From Nitrosomonadales bacterium (lineage in GTDB: Bacteria > Pseudomonadota > Gammaproteobacteria > Burkholderiales > Gallionellaceae), in contig JANXWX010000034.1 in assembly GCA_025350915.1 (NCBI GenBank), positions 8,677 to 72,676 on the forward strand: 64,000 nucleotides of DNA, in the 5' to 3' direction. The notes below the pieces were generated by a model. That model saw nothing but the letters and a program-made list of their open reading frames with translations. It searched no databases and was not told the DNA's origin. A program made the position numbers and the translations under genes. How positions within the stretch are numbered: the first letter of the stretch is position 1; every line of letters starts with the position of its first letter. Shown here in pieces: positions 54,383-63,043 of the stretch.

Positions 54383-57300
54383 ATGCCATCAGGAAAAAAT
54401 AGAGCAAGTACAGTGCAAATTAAATCGCTATTGAACAGTTTTCTTAGAAAAAATAAGTGCTTCAGTAGCAGTAATTTTTTATTAAATTTCCTGATCCCGT
54501 TTGTTTGTTTACTGATGGGGGTGAGCAGTGAGGCTTTGGCGGCTACGGTTTCAGCCAGCCCAACGAGTTGTGTCAGTGTGGCAGGTATTGGCACGGTAGC
54601 CTGGACCAACCCATCGCAGGCTAATTTGAGCGATAACAGCTATGCAACCGCCTCTGTTGATGGTACGACTACACGTTATGTTCGTTGCACCGGTTACAAC
54701 TTTGCGATACCCGCAGGGGCTACCATCGATGGCATTACAGTTAATGTAGAACGCAGATCAAGCAGTGTTGCCAATGGTGGAAGCAGGGATGCAGCGGTGC
54801 GTATAGTCAAGGCGGGTGTCATTGGCACAGCGGATCGTTCTACAGCAACGGCATACACAGCTGCGGATGTAATCGAAGCCCATGGTAGCGCTGCAGATTT
54901 GTGGGGTACAACATGGACTTCGGCAGATATCAATTCAATCAATTTTGGTGCCTCCTATGCAGCGACCAAACCCAGTGCTGCTGGTGCTGCGCACACTATC
55001 AGGCTGGATCATATACAGATCACGATTAGTTATACACCGATAGCTGGAACTTATTCCGCAACGGCAAGCCCTACTGCCTGCGCCAGTGTAAATTGGGCAG
55101 GTGGTAATCGGCCATGGTCCAGTCCTATCCGAGCATCCGCAAGTGACAACAGCTATACAACAGCAACGGTGGACGGCACGACTACCCGCTATTTACAATG
55201 CACAGGTTACAACTTTGCGATTCCAACCGGCGCAACCATCAATGGGATTACAGTTAATGTAGAACGAAAATCAAACAGTGTTGCGAATGGCGGTAGCAGG
55301 GATGCGGCGATGCGTGTAGTCAAGGCTAACGTCATCGGTACGGCAGATCGTTCAACTACCACGCTTTACACCACTGCAGATGTGGTAGAAGCGCATGGTG
55401 GAATTTCAGATTTGTGGAGCACCATATGGACTCCTGCACAAATCAATGCTGCAAACTTTGGTGCAGCGTTCGCGTCTACCAAACTCAGTTCAGCAGGTGC
55501 GGCGCACACAATTAGTGTGGATCATATGCCGATTACGGTGACCTACACCATTGGTGCGGTCGGGCCTGATCATATCCGTATTACACATGGCGGTAGTGGA
55601 TTGACTTGCTCACCAGTGTTGCTGACAGTCATAGCCTGTGCCAATGCTGCCTGTACTGCACCGCATTTCACCGGTTCTGCTGTTACGGGTAGTGTGACCT
55701 GGGCTGGGGTACCGGGAGGTAGTGTGCCTTTCAATATAATCGTCGGGGGTACAACCCAGCTTGGTTTGCCGGTAACAACGGTGCAAACGGTGACGCTCGG
55801 CACCACGGCGGTATCGCCAGCGCCTGTGAGCGCGAGTGATTGTATTAATTCGGGCGGCGGTTCTGCATGCAGCCTTTCATTCGCCGATTCCGGGTTGATG
55901 TTGAACGTGCCCAATCATGTTGCAGAAACCTCACAAAACATTACCATCAGTGCCGTACGTAAAGCGGATAATGCGGCACTCTGTGTCCCTGCATTTGCAA
56001 GCGTCACGCGCGCGATAAATGTCAAGTGTGTATATACCAATCCGGGTTCGGGTACGTTGGCTGTGCGTGTGGGAGGGAGTGCGTTGAATGCGGCCAACAG
56101 CGCTGCAGCGGCATGTGATGGTACGGGTCGTTCGGTTAACTTTGCTTTTGATGCCACCGGTATTGCTACGGGCACATTGCAATATGCCGATGTCGGACAG
56201 ATGACGTTGAATGCTACTTACACGGGCAGTGGTGCAACCGGTGATGCCGGGCTGAGTATGACAGGCACAGGTTCATTCATTGCCGCGCCGGCATCTTTTG
56301 CCTTCAGCAACATTACGCCGGTTTCGGTATTCAAAGCAGGCAGTGTTTACAATGCCAGCATAACTGCGCGTAATGCTTCGAATACGGCAACGCCCAATTT
56401 TGGCAAAGAAACCGCCCCTGAAGGTGTCACACTGAGCCCCAATCTGGTCGCGCCAGTGGGTGGCAATAACCCCGCGATCGGCAATAATATTATTTTGGGT
56501 AGCAGCTTTACCAGCGGGGTAGCTAGCTTAACCAATCTCAGTTGGGGCGAGGTGGGTTTGATTACTATGACAGCCAAACTGACCAATCCTACATATTTGG
56601 GCACAACCTTCACTGCAAGCGGGATAAGCGGTAATGTCGGACCATTTATACCGGATCATTTTGATACGATGACATCCGGCGGTATGACTTGTCCTGTTGG
56701 TTTAACCTGCCCGGCGCAATTTAATGGATTTGTCTATTCCGGTCAGGCGCTCTCAACGCAAGTGAAAGCCTATAACCTGGGTGGTACGGTTACGCAAAAC
56801 TATGACAGCACGTTTGCTTACTCAAAGGCAGTGACCTTGTCCGCAATGAATTCACTGGGTGGTGCAACAACTAACCCGGCCGGTGGAACATTGACAATGA
56901 ACACCCTGCCTGCAACGGCATTTAGCTTGGGCGTTGCCAATACCAGTACGCCCGTTTATACGTTCCCGGTATCACTAACTGCGCCAACAGATATTTATAT
57001 TCGTGCAATAGATACCGACAGTGTCAGTTCGCTGCGTACTGTTGCATTAAACTCCATTGAGGGTGGCATGACAGTCGTCAGCGGACGCAGCAAAATATCC
57101 AATGCCTATGGTTCTGAATTGTTGCCGTTAACGTTGACTGTGAATGTGCAGTTGTGGAATGGCACAAACTGGGTAAACAGCACAACAGACGGTGCCACAC
57201 AGTTTAATACCAGCCTCAGTCCTGCTGGTAATATCGTACCAATCATTGTGACAGGACCACTTGCACTGGGTAACATCAGTGTCAAAACACCTGCAACGGT

Positions 57301-57499
57301 TACAGTGGTAGCGGGCGTGAGTACATTTACCTTGAATAAACCTTCAGTCACAGGCAGTGTTGACCTCAGCTTGAACACGCCAAGCTACCTCTACACTGGC
57401 AGTAATAACGCCGCTGTTAACCCGGCTATTCCCGGCCGGGCTACATTTGGGGTTTACTCGGGTAATCCCAACCTGATATATCAGCGTGAAGCTTATTAA
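54383..57499 (+). CDS. large secreted MshQ-position protein (candidate pilus-associated adhesin)
   Basis: I place the start at ATG 54383, 5 nt after GGAGG. The signal peptide ends SSEALA-AT. The protein is 1038 aa, Thr/Ser/Gly/Ala/Asn-rich and looks all-beta. It is the last gene after the minor pilins, as mshQ is in Vibrio. The C-terminus reads GRATFGVYSGNPNLIYQREAY. Confidence 0.72.
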   Translation: MPSGKNRASTVQIKSLLNSFLRKNKCFSSSNFLLNFLIPFVCLLMGVSSEALAATVSASPTSCVSVAGIGTVAWTNPSQANLSDNSYATASVDGTTTRYVRCTGYNFAIPAGATIDGITVNVERRSSSVANGGSRDAAVRIVKAGVIGTADRSTATAYTAADVIEAHGSAADLWGTTWTSADINSINFGASYAATKPSAAGAAHTIRLDHIQITISYTPIAGTYSATASPTACASVNWAGGNRPWSSPIRASASDNSYTTATVDGTTTRYLQCTGYNFAIPTGATINGITVNVERKSNSVANGGSRDAAMRVVKANVIGTADRSTTTLYTTADVVEAHGGISDLWSTIWTPAQINAANFGAAFASTKLSSAGAAHTISVDHMPITVTYTIGAVGPDHIRITHGGSGLTCSPVLLTVIACANAACTAPHFTGSAVTGSVTWAGVPGGSVPFNIIVGGTTQLGLPVTTVQTVTLGTTAVSPAPVSASDCINSGGGSACSLSFADSGLMLNVPNHVAETSQNITISAVRKADNAALCVPAFASVTRAINVKCVYTNPGSGTLAVRVGGSALNAANSAAAACDGTGRSVNFAFDATGIATGTLQYADVGQMTLNATYTGSGATGDAGLSMTGTGSFIAAPASFAFSNITPVSVFKAGSVYNASITARNASNTATPNFGKETAPEGVTLSPNLVAPVGGNNPAIGNNIILGSSFTSGVASLTNLSWGEVGLITMTAKLTNPTYLGTTFTASGISGNVGPFIPDHFDTMTSGGMTCPVGLTCPAQFNGFVYSGQALSTQVKAYNLGGTVTQNYDSTFAYSKAVTLSAMNSLGGATTNPAGGTLTMNTLPATAFSLGVANTSTPVYTFPVSLTAPTDIYIRAIDTDSVSSLRTVALNSIEGGMTVVSGRSKISNAYGSELLPLTLTVNVQLWNGTNWVNSTTDGATQFNTSLSPAGNIVPIIVTGPLALGNISVKTPATVTVVAGVSTFTLNKPSVTGSVDLSLNTPSYLYTGSNNAAVNPAIPGRATFGVYSGNPNLIYQREAY
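54542..55549 (+). repeat. tandem duplication of a module of about 170 aa (about 500 nt) at the N-terminus of the MshQ-like protein
   Basis: Copy 1 is 54542-55039 and copy 2 is 55040-55549. They are colinear with no spacer. Shared blocks are SDNSY.TA.VDGTTTRY..CTGYNFAIP.GATI.GITVNVER.S.SVANGGSRDAA.R.VKA.VIGTADRST and AGAAHTI..DH..IT..YT. Long stretches are also identical at the nucleotide level, for example ggttacaactttgcgat and attacagttaatgtagaacg. Confidence 0.85.
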
Positions 57500-57550
57500 A
57501 CTCACTGTCTGCAGGCTACACAACTGATCTAATGTTTGAGCTTTATATTG

Positions 57551-57581
57551 TCTCACTGCGAATATGCAGTGGGACATTTTT
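57551..57581 (+). terminator. candidate rho-independent terminator after the MshQ-like gene
   Basis: TCTCACTGC-gaatat-GCAGTGGGA forms a 9-bp stem with one G-U pair. caTTTTTaT follows. Confidence 0.5.
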
Positions 57582-57651
57582 ATGTTCTATGCGTCGATTT
57601 GTTCTATTTTAGAATAAACGATTGACAACAAAGAGTTATTGAAATATCTTC

Positions 57652-58632
57652 ATGTTAATTATGAAAATTCCATTTTTAGCTAAAATATTGAAGCGAGCCA
57701 AGCAGTCTGGTCCTGCTTGTGTGCTGACGTTTGATAATAATGGAATCAATTTTGCACAAACAGATTACGTGGCGGGAAGGCCACGTTTAATAAATTATTC
57801 ATTCCATCCTGTCGCGAGTATGAGTTTATACGGTATTACGGCAGTAACCATCGAGAAAGTATGCAAAGAAAAGCATTGGAATAGTTTCCGCTTTTCAACG
57901 CTATTAGCACCGGGTGAGTATCAGATAATGCAGGTAGATGCCCCCAACGTGCCTGAAAGCGAGATGAAGGCTGCCATACGCTGGAACATCAAAGATCTGC
58001 TCAGTTACCATGTGGATGATGCAACCCTGGATGTGTTATTCATACCATCGGGGCAGGCGGGAGTTGAACGCGTAAAATCCCTTTATGTTGTAGCGGCGTC
58101 AAATGAGCTGATCAAAAAACGCACTGAATTATTTGAAAGTGCGCATGTCGGTCTCAGTGTCATTGATATACCCGAGATGGCGCAGCGTAATATTGCGGCA
58201 TTGTTTGAAAAGGAAGATCGGGCACTGGCATTGCTGGCTTTCGATATAAACGGTTGCTTGCTCACCTTCACCAGCGGCGGTGAATTATACATGGCCCGCA
58301 GAATAGAGATTTCACCCGGGCAACTGCTGGATGCGGATGAGTTGATGCGACAGCAGTATCTGGATCGTCTTGAGCTGGAGTTGCAGCGTTCCATTGATCA
58401 CTTTGACCGGCAATTTAAGCATCTGCCAGTGCAGCGGCTGTTAGTCTCTGTTCCGCGTAATGTTGGCCTGGTGGAAATATTGGCCAGCAATCTGGATCTA
58501 CCGGTAGTGCAGCTGGATTTGAACGAGGTAATGGATTTGGGCACGATGCCCGATCTCGACGGTGATGAAGCGATTGTTTACGCGCTGCATACCCTGGGTG
58601 CTTCACTACGCCAGGAAGGTAAGGCGAAATGA
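57652..58632 (+). CDS. mshI: PilM-like (actin-fold) pilus assembly protein, MshI N-terminal equivalent
   Basis: 326-aa ORF, first gene of the downstream block. Its size and the segments LSVIDIPEMAQRNI and LLAFDINGCLLTF fit PilM/MshI-type proteins. The ATG at 57661 (MKIPFL) is an alternative start. Confidence 0.7.
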   Translation: MLIMKIPFLAKILKRAKQSGPACVLTFDNNGINFAQTDYVAGRPRLINYSFHPVASMSLYGITAVTIEKVCKEKHWNSFRFSTLLAPGEYQIMQVDAPNVPESEMKAAIRWNIKDLLSYHVDDATLDVLFIPSGQAGVERVKSLYVVAASNELIKKRTELFESAHVGLSVIDIPEMAQRNIAALFEKEDRALALLAFDINGCLLTFTSGGELYMARRIEISPGQLLDADELMRQQYLDRLELELQRSIDHFDRQFKHLPVQRLLVSVPRNVGLVEILASNLDLPVVQLDLNEVMDLGTMPDLDGDEAIVYALHTLGASLRQEGKAK

Positions 58633-59258
58633 GCCAGCAAATCAATTTGTACCAGAAAGTATCGCGCAAGCAAACGAGTGCTTTTTCGTTGGAAGGGATG
58701 GCGTTAGGTCTGGGTGTAATCTTAATTTGTGCATTGCTGTATTTTTCATATGTTGTCTATCAAACGATGGATATTAAACATCAACTTGAAGCAGGTAATG
58801 CGAAGCTGGCCTCGGAGCAAGCCAAGCTTGATAGTTTGAATACTGATTTTTCAAGCAAGAGATCGGGTTTAACATATGAGCAGGAATTAAAAAATTTAGA
58901 AGCTGAATTGTCAGCACAGCACGAAATCATTAATGCCCTCAAAAGCGGCGTGATCGGCAATACCCAGGGATATTCAATATACATGCAGGCCTTTGCAAGA
59001 CAGGTTGTCAGCGGTTTATGGCTTACTGGCTTTAGTATAGTAGGCGATGCAAAACAAATGAGTTTAAGCGGCGGGGTTCTAAGCCCGGATTTAGTCCCCG
59101 GATATATCCTGCGCTTGAATAAGGAGAAGGTAATGCGCGGCAAAACCTTTACTTCTTTGCACATGCAACTCCCCAATGTGGAGGAGGGCAAGCCGGCGAA
59201 CACAAGGTATGTTGAATTTAACTTGCAGTCCACTGTCGCCGAAGAGGCTGAAGAATGA
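58629..59258 (+). CDS. PilN-like bitopic pilus assembly protein (MshI C-terminal equivalent)
   Basis: 209-aa ORF with a 4-nt overlap. The N-terminus MSQQINLYQ is followed by a single TM helix (LGLGVILICALLYFSYVVY) and then a coiled coil, as in PilN/fimbrial assembly proteins. Confidence 0.7.
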   Translation: MSQQINLYQKVSRKQTSAFSLEGMALGLGVILICALLYFSYVVYQTMDIKHQLEAGNAKLASEQAKLDSLNTDFSSKRSGLTYEQELKNLEAELSAQHEIINALKSGVIGNTQGYSIYMQAFARQVVSGLWLTGFSIVGDAKQMSLSGGVLSPDLVPGYILRLNKEKVMRGKTFTSLHMQLPNVEEGKPANTRYVEFNLQSTVAEEAEE

Positions 59259-59956
59259 TGAAACAGTACTGGGATAAATTAAGTTCAAAAGTGGACGCAA
59301 TGTCAAAGCGCGAACGCGTGTTGATCTTTGCGTCATTGACCGTGCTTGTGTTATCACTGGTGGATACTTTCATGCTTGAGCCAGTGTTTATGAGCCAAAA
59401 AGAATTACGTGTTCAGCTGGTGCAACAAACGGCAAGCTTGGCTGAGCTACAGGCACAGGTTATTACCGTTGTACAGGAAAACTCTCCCAATTCAAATTCT
59501 CCGTTGCGGATACAGCTCAACCGCGTCAAAAAGGAGCTGGATGAAGGCAAGGCATTTCTGCAAAGCAATCGTGATCATCTGGTGCAACCAGAGAAAATGG
59601 CCGCACACCTCAGGCAATTGCTAAACAGAAATGGCCGATTACAGTTGGTTTCTTTGCAGACTATGGCTGTTACCCCGTTGATTGAAGAGGCAGTAATGTC
59701 AACAATTGGACAAGTGGTTAATCCAGAAATCCAACAGCCGGTCAGTGTCACCAGCAAGCAAGTATTTAAGCATGGTGTGCAACTTACCTTGCGCGGAAGT
59801 TATCTGGATTTGTTAAATTATTTGACTGAGCTTGAACGATTGCCACAGCAAATGTATTGGGCCAAGGCCGAGATGCAGGTTGTGAAGTATCCTGTGACCG
59901 AGCTTACGCTGGTATTGTACACACTGAGTCTGGATAAGACGTGGTTGCAAATATGA
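59255..59956 (+). CDS. mshJ: PilO-like pilus assembly protein MshJ
   Basis: 233-aa ORF with a 4-nt overlap. It has an N-terminal TM helix (VLIFASLTVLVLSLV), a coiled coil, and a C-terminal alpha/beta domain (VQLTLRGSYLDLLNYLTELE). Confidence 0.72.
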   Translation: MMKQYWDKLSSKVDAMSKRERVLIFASLTVLVLSLVDTFMLEPVFMSQKELRVQLVQQTASLAELQAQVITVVQENSPNSNSPLRIQLNRVKKELDEGKAFLQSNRDHLVQPEKMAAHLRQLLNRNGRLQLVSLQTMAVTPLIEEAVMSTIGQVVNPEIQQPVSVTSKQVFKHGVQLTLRGSYLDLLNYLTELERLPQQMYWAKAEMQVVKYPVTELTLVLYTLSLDKTWLQI

Positions 59957-60396
59957 TGAAATGTATTTCAAAAATTATCCTGATATTGTTGTGCAGTAAT
60001 GCAGTTGTGGCTGTATCAGATGAGCTACAAGACCCGACGCGTCCTCCGGCCGGTATAAGCGACCCCGCGTTGATTTTCGGACAGCCAATTATTCCGCAGG
60101 TTAAAGGGCTGCAATCGGTCATTATTTCTCCTGCACGATGCGCTGCCATTATCGATGGTAAAACAGTTGAGCTGGGTGCGGTGCATGGTAATGAAATATT
60201 ATTTGAAGTTGGCGAGCATGGCGTAATTATGCTGGGAAGTAATGGCAAGCAACGGTCAATAAGATTGTTTCCCACAGTCGGAATGAAGATGAAAGAAACT
60301 TTGCCGTTAGAGAAGCAGACGGTAATATGTAAATACAAACAAAAATACGATGTAAAAAATCCTGCTTTAAACGCAGGAAAGAAGGAGAGACAATGA
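59953..60396 (+). CDS. mshK: MshK-like small periplasmic protein
   Basis: I place the start at ATG 59953, overlapping the mshJ stop. It has a signal peptide and the DPTRPP motif characteristic of MshK. Confidence 0.68.
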   Translation: MMKCISKIILILLCSNAVVAVSDELQDPTRPPAGISDPALIFGQPIIPQVKGLQSVIISPARCAAIIDGKTVELGAVHGNEILFEVGEHGVIMLGSNGKQRSIRLFPTVGMKMKETLPLEKQTVICKYKQKYDVKNPALNAGKKERQ

Positions 60397-62078
60397 TTCG
60401 ACTATTAGGAATATTAGCGTTGCTGGTGTTGTCAGCATGCTCTTCCACGACCAGGAGTCGCAATGTTACAGCCGATGTAATCAACAATGAATTGAATGCG
60501 GTTGTTCAGGAGCGGGCTAATGCAAATAAATCAAATGCGGTGAATGATGCGTTGTTGCCTCCCGTTTCCGCCGGAATGCAGGGTGGTGATGGTAAGCCGC
60601 AGGAAACCCGGTTTGATCTGGTCGTAAACAATACACCCGCCAATCAGGTGTTCACCGCCATCGTCTCCGGCACACGCTACAGTATACTTGTACCTGCGGA
60701 TGTGGCCGGTAGCATTTCGCTTAATTTGAAGGACGTAACCGTTTTTGAAGCACTCGAAACTATTCGTAATGTCTATGGTTATGAATACAAAGTTGATGGT
60801 ACCCGAATTTTTATTCAGGGTATTTCAATGCAGACACGTATATTTCAGGTAAGTTATCTGACCGGTCAGCGTAATGGTTCATCTTCATTACGTGTTATTT
60901 CGAGTGCCGTTACCAACTCTTCATCAGGTAGCGCGACTACCTCAGATCCGTCAAAGAGCACTGACAGCAGTATTGTCAGCATGACAACCAGCTCCAATTT
61001 CTGGGATGATCTGAGCAAAGCACTTAATGTTATTGTTGGATCTGAAAATGGACGCAGTGTGGTTGTTAGCCCTATGTCAGGTGTTATTGTTGTTCGCGCC
61101 ATGCCGGATGAGTTGAGGAGTGTTTCAGCTTACCTGAAAGCATCGCAAATTTCCGTTGAGCGCCAGGTAATTCTGGAAGCCAAAATTATTGAAGTGTCGT
61201 TGATTGATAGTTTGCAAACGGGTGTTAACTGGGGTTCATTTACTAATGACACAAACAATTTTACGTCCGTAGGTCAATTAGGGCCAGGTGGCTCACTTTC
61301 CCCTACGATAGGCGGCGTACCTTCGTCTCTGGCGATAGCTCCCGGCACGGGGACTTCTTTAACGGGATTAACCGGGACAGGGTATTCGGGAGTTCCGGGG
61401 TCAAGTTTGTCAGCGGGCGGTACTAATACGGGAAGTATGTTTGGGTTGGCATTTCAAACTAGTAATTTTGCTGCATTACTGAATTTTCTGGAATCACAGG
61501 GAAGTGTGCATGTGTTGTCCAGCCCTCGCATTGCAACTTTGAACAATCAGAAGGCAGTACTGAAAGTGGGTACGGATGAATTTTTTGTAACTGGATTTTC
61601 AACTACTACAACGGTAGTTGGCACGACCGCAGTCACGACACCAAGCTTGACAATACAACCTTTCTTTTCTGGGATTGCGCTTGATGTGACGCCACGCATT
61701 GATGAAAACAATGAAATTATATTGCATGTCCATCCTTCAGTAGGCCAGGTTACAACGGTTAATAAGATTTTGAATCTTGGCGGTACGGTTGGAACTTATA
61801 CATTGCCCCTAGCATCCAGCACCGTGTCGGAAACCGATAGTATCGTTCGAGCCCGGAATGGCCAGATAGTCGCAATCGGCGGATTGATGCGACAAGCGAC
61901 AATTGAAGAAGAGTCCGGTTTACCCGGTTTGTCCAAGCTAATCTTCGGCCACACTGCCAAGCGTACTGAAAAGCGGGAATTGATTATTCTGATCAAGCCC
62001 ACAGTGGTCAATGGTGATAAAGACTGGTCAGATGACATTACACGTAGTCGTGATCGTGTGAATGGTATGACCAGGTAG
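60393..62078 (+). CDS. mshL: MSHA-type pilus secretin MshL (lipoprotein)
   Basis: 561-aa ORF. Lipobox LVLSAC. The secretin core has VLSSPRIATLNNQKAVLKVGTDEFFV, the S-domain has IVAIGGLM, and later GLPGLSKLIFGH. Confidence 0.9.
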   Translation: MIRLLGILALLVLSACSSTTRSRNVTADVINNELNAVVQERANANKSNAVNDALLPPVSAGMQGGDGKPQETRFDLVVNNTPANQVFTAIVSGTRYSILVPADVAGSISLNLKDVTVFEALETIRNVYGYEYKVDGTRIFIQGISMQTRIFQVSYLTGQRNGSSSLRVISSAVTNSSSGSATTSDPSKSTDSSIVSMTTSSNFWDDLSKALNVIVGSENGRSVVVSPMSGVIVVRAMPDELRSVSAYLKASQISVERQVILEAKIIEVSLIDSLQTGVNWGSFTNDTNNFTSVGQLGPGGSLSPTIGGVPSSLAIAPGTGTSLTGLTGTGYSGVPGSSLSAGGTNTGSMFGLAFQTSNFAALLNFLESQGSVHVLSSPRIATLNNQKAVLKVGTDEFFVTGFSTTTTVVGTTAVTTPSLTIQPFFSGIALDVTPRIDENNEIILHVHPSVGQVTTVNKILNLGGTVGTYTLPLASSTVSETDSIVRARNGQIVAIGGLMRQATIEEESGLPGLSKLIFGHTAKRTEKRELIILIKPTVVNGDKDWSDDITRSRDRVNGMTR

Positions 62079-62083
62079 CGGTT

Positions 62084-63043
62084 ATGTACCTTGAACACTT
62101 CGGCCTGCGCGAACTGCCGTTTTCCCTGACACCGGATACCAGTTTTTTCTTTGCCTGCTCCAGTTATCAGGAAGCGCTCAATACCCTGCTGGTTGCCGCA
62201 CGTAATGGTGAGGGCTTTATCAAGATCGTGGGCGAAGTGGGTAACGGCAAAACCTTGTTGTGCCGAAAGTTTCTTGCCACACTGAATGATAGTGACGACT
62301 CATCAACCAATGCGATTGGCACACAGGATGAGGCGGAAGTGGCCAGCAAAAAAGGTCGGTTCGCCACTGCCTATATTCCCAACCCCTATCTCGAACCGCG
62401 CAGTCTGTTGCTGGCACTTGCGGATGAATTTCGCATAAAACTTGAACCGAGCGTTGATCAACATGCACTACTGAAAGAGTTGACTCAAGCGTTACTAAAT
62501 TATGCGCGTGAAGGCAAGCGTGTTCTGGTTTGCCTGGATGAAGCGCAGGCGATGCCGCTGGAAAGCCTGGAAGTGTTGCGACTGTTGACCAACCTGGAGA
62601 CGGAAAAACGCAAGTTGATGCAGGTGGTGCTGTTTGGCCAACCCGAGCTGGATGAGCGGTTAAAGCAAAACTCGGTGCGTCAACTGCGTCAGCGTATCAG
62701 TTTTCAATATGAACTGAAGGGTTTGCTGCACGACGAGCTCGATCGTTATTTGCGCCATCGTCTGCGTGTTGCCGGCTACGCGGGTGAAACCTTGTTTAAC
62801 AATGCTGCAGTCGCGCATCTGCACCGGGTTACCAAGGGTACACCCAGATTGGTTAATATAATTTCAAACAAGACGCTGATGCTGGCCTTTGGCGAGGGTA
62901 GCCAGGTTGTGCTGCCGCGTCACGTGGCGATGGCGGCGGCAGATACGCCTGAAGCTAGCCGTGACACAAGGCCGTGGATTCTATTCGGTCTATTACTCGT
63001 GTTAAGTGTAATTTTGATTTTCAACTGGGTAGTCATGCCATGA
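62084..63043 (+). CDS. mshM: ExeA-like AAA ATPase MshM
   Basis: 319-aa ORF. It starts MYLEHFGLRELPFSLTPDTSFFF. Walker A GEVGNGKT, Walker B VLVCLDEAQ, and a C-terminal TM helix are present. Confidence 0.88.
   Translation: MYLEHFGLRELPFSLTPDTSFFFACSSYQEALNTLLVAARNGEGFIKIVGEVGNGKTLLCRKFLATLNDSDDSSTNAIGTQDEAEVASKKGRFATAYIPNPYLEPRSLLLALADEFRIKLEPSVDQHALLKELTQALLNYAREGKRVLVCLDEAQAMPLESLEVLRLLTNLETEKRKLMQVVLFGQPELDERLKQNSVRQLRQRISFQYELKGLLHDELDRYLRHRLRVAGYAGETLFNNAAVAHLHRVTKGTPRLVNIISNKTLMLAFGEGSQVVLPRHVAMAAADTPEASRDTRPWILFGLLLVLSVILIFNWVVMP

Noticed and set aside
57622-57650. A TTGACA-17-TATCTT promoter-like element lies immediately upstream of the PilM-like gene.
   Set aside because: The -10 box ends 1 nt before the annotated ATG (57652). 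The transcript would therefore start inside or after that codon. It only works if the gene starts at 57661 and is nearly leaderless. I cannot resolve this by eye.
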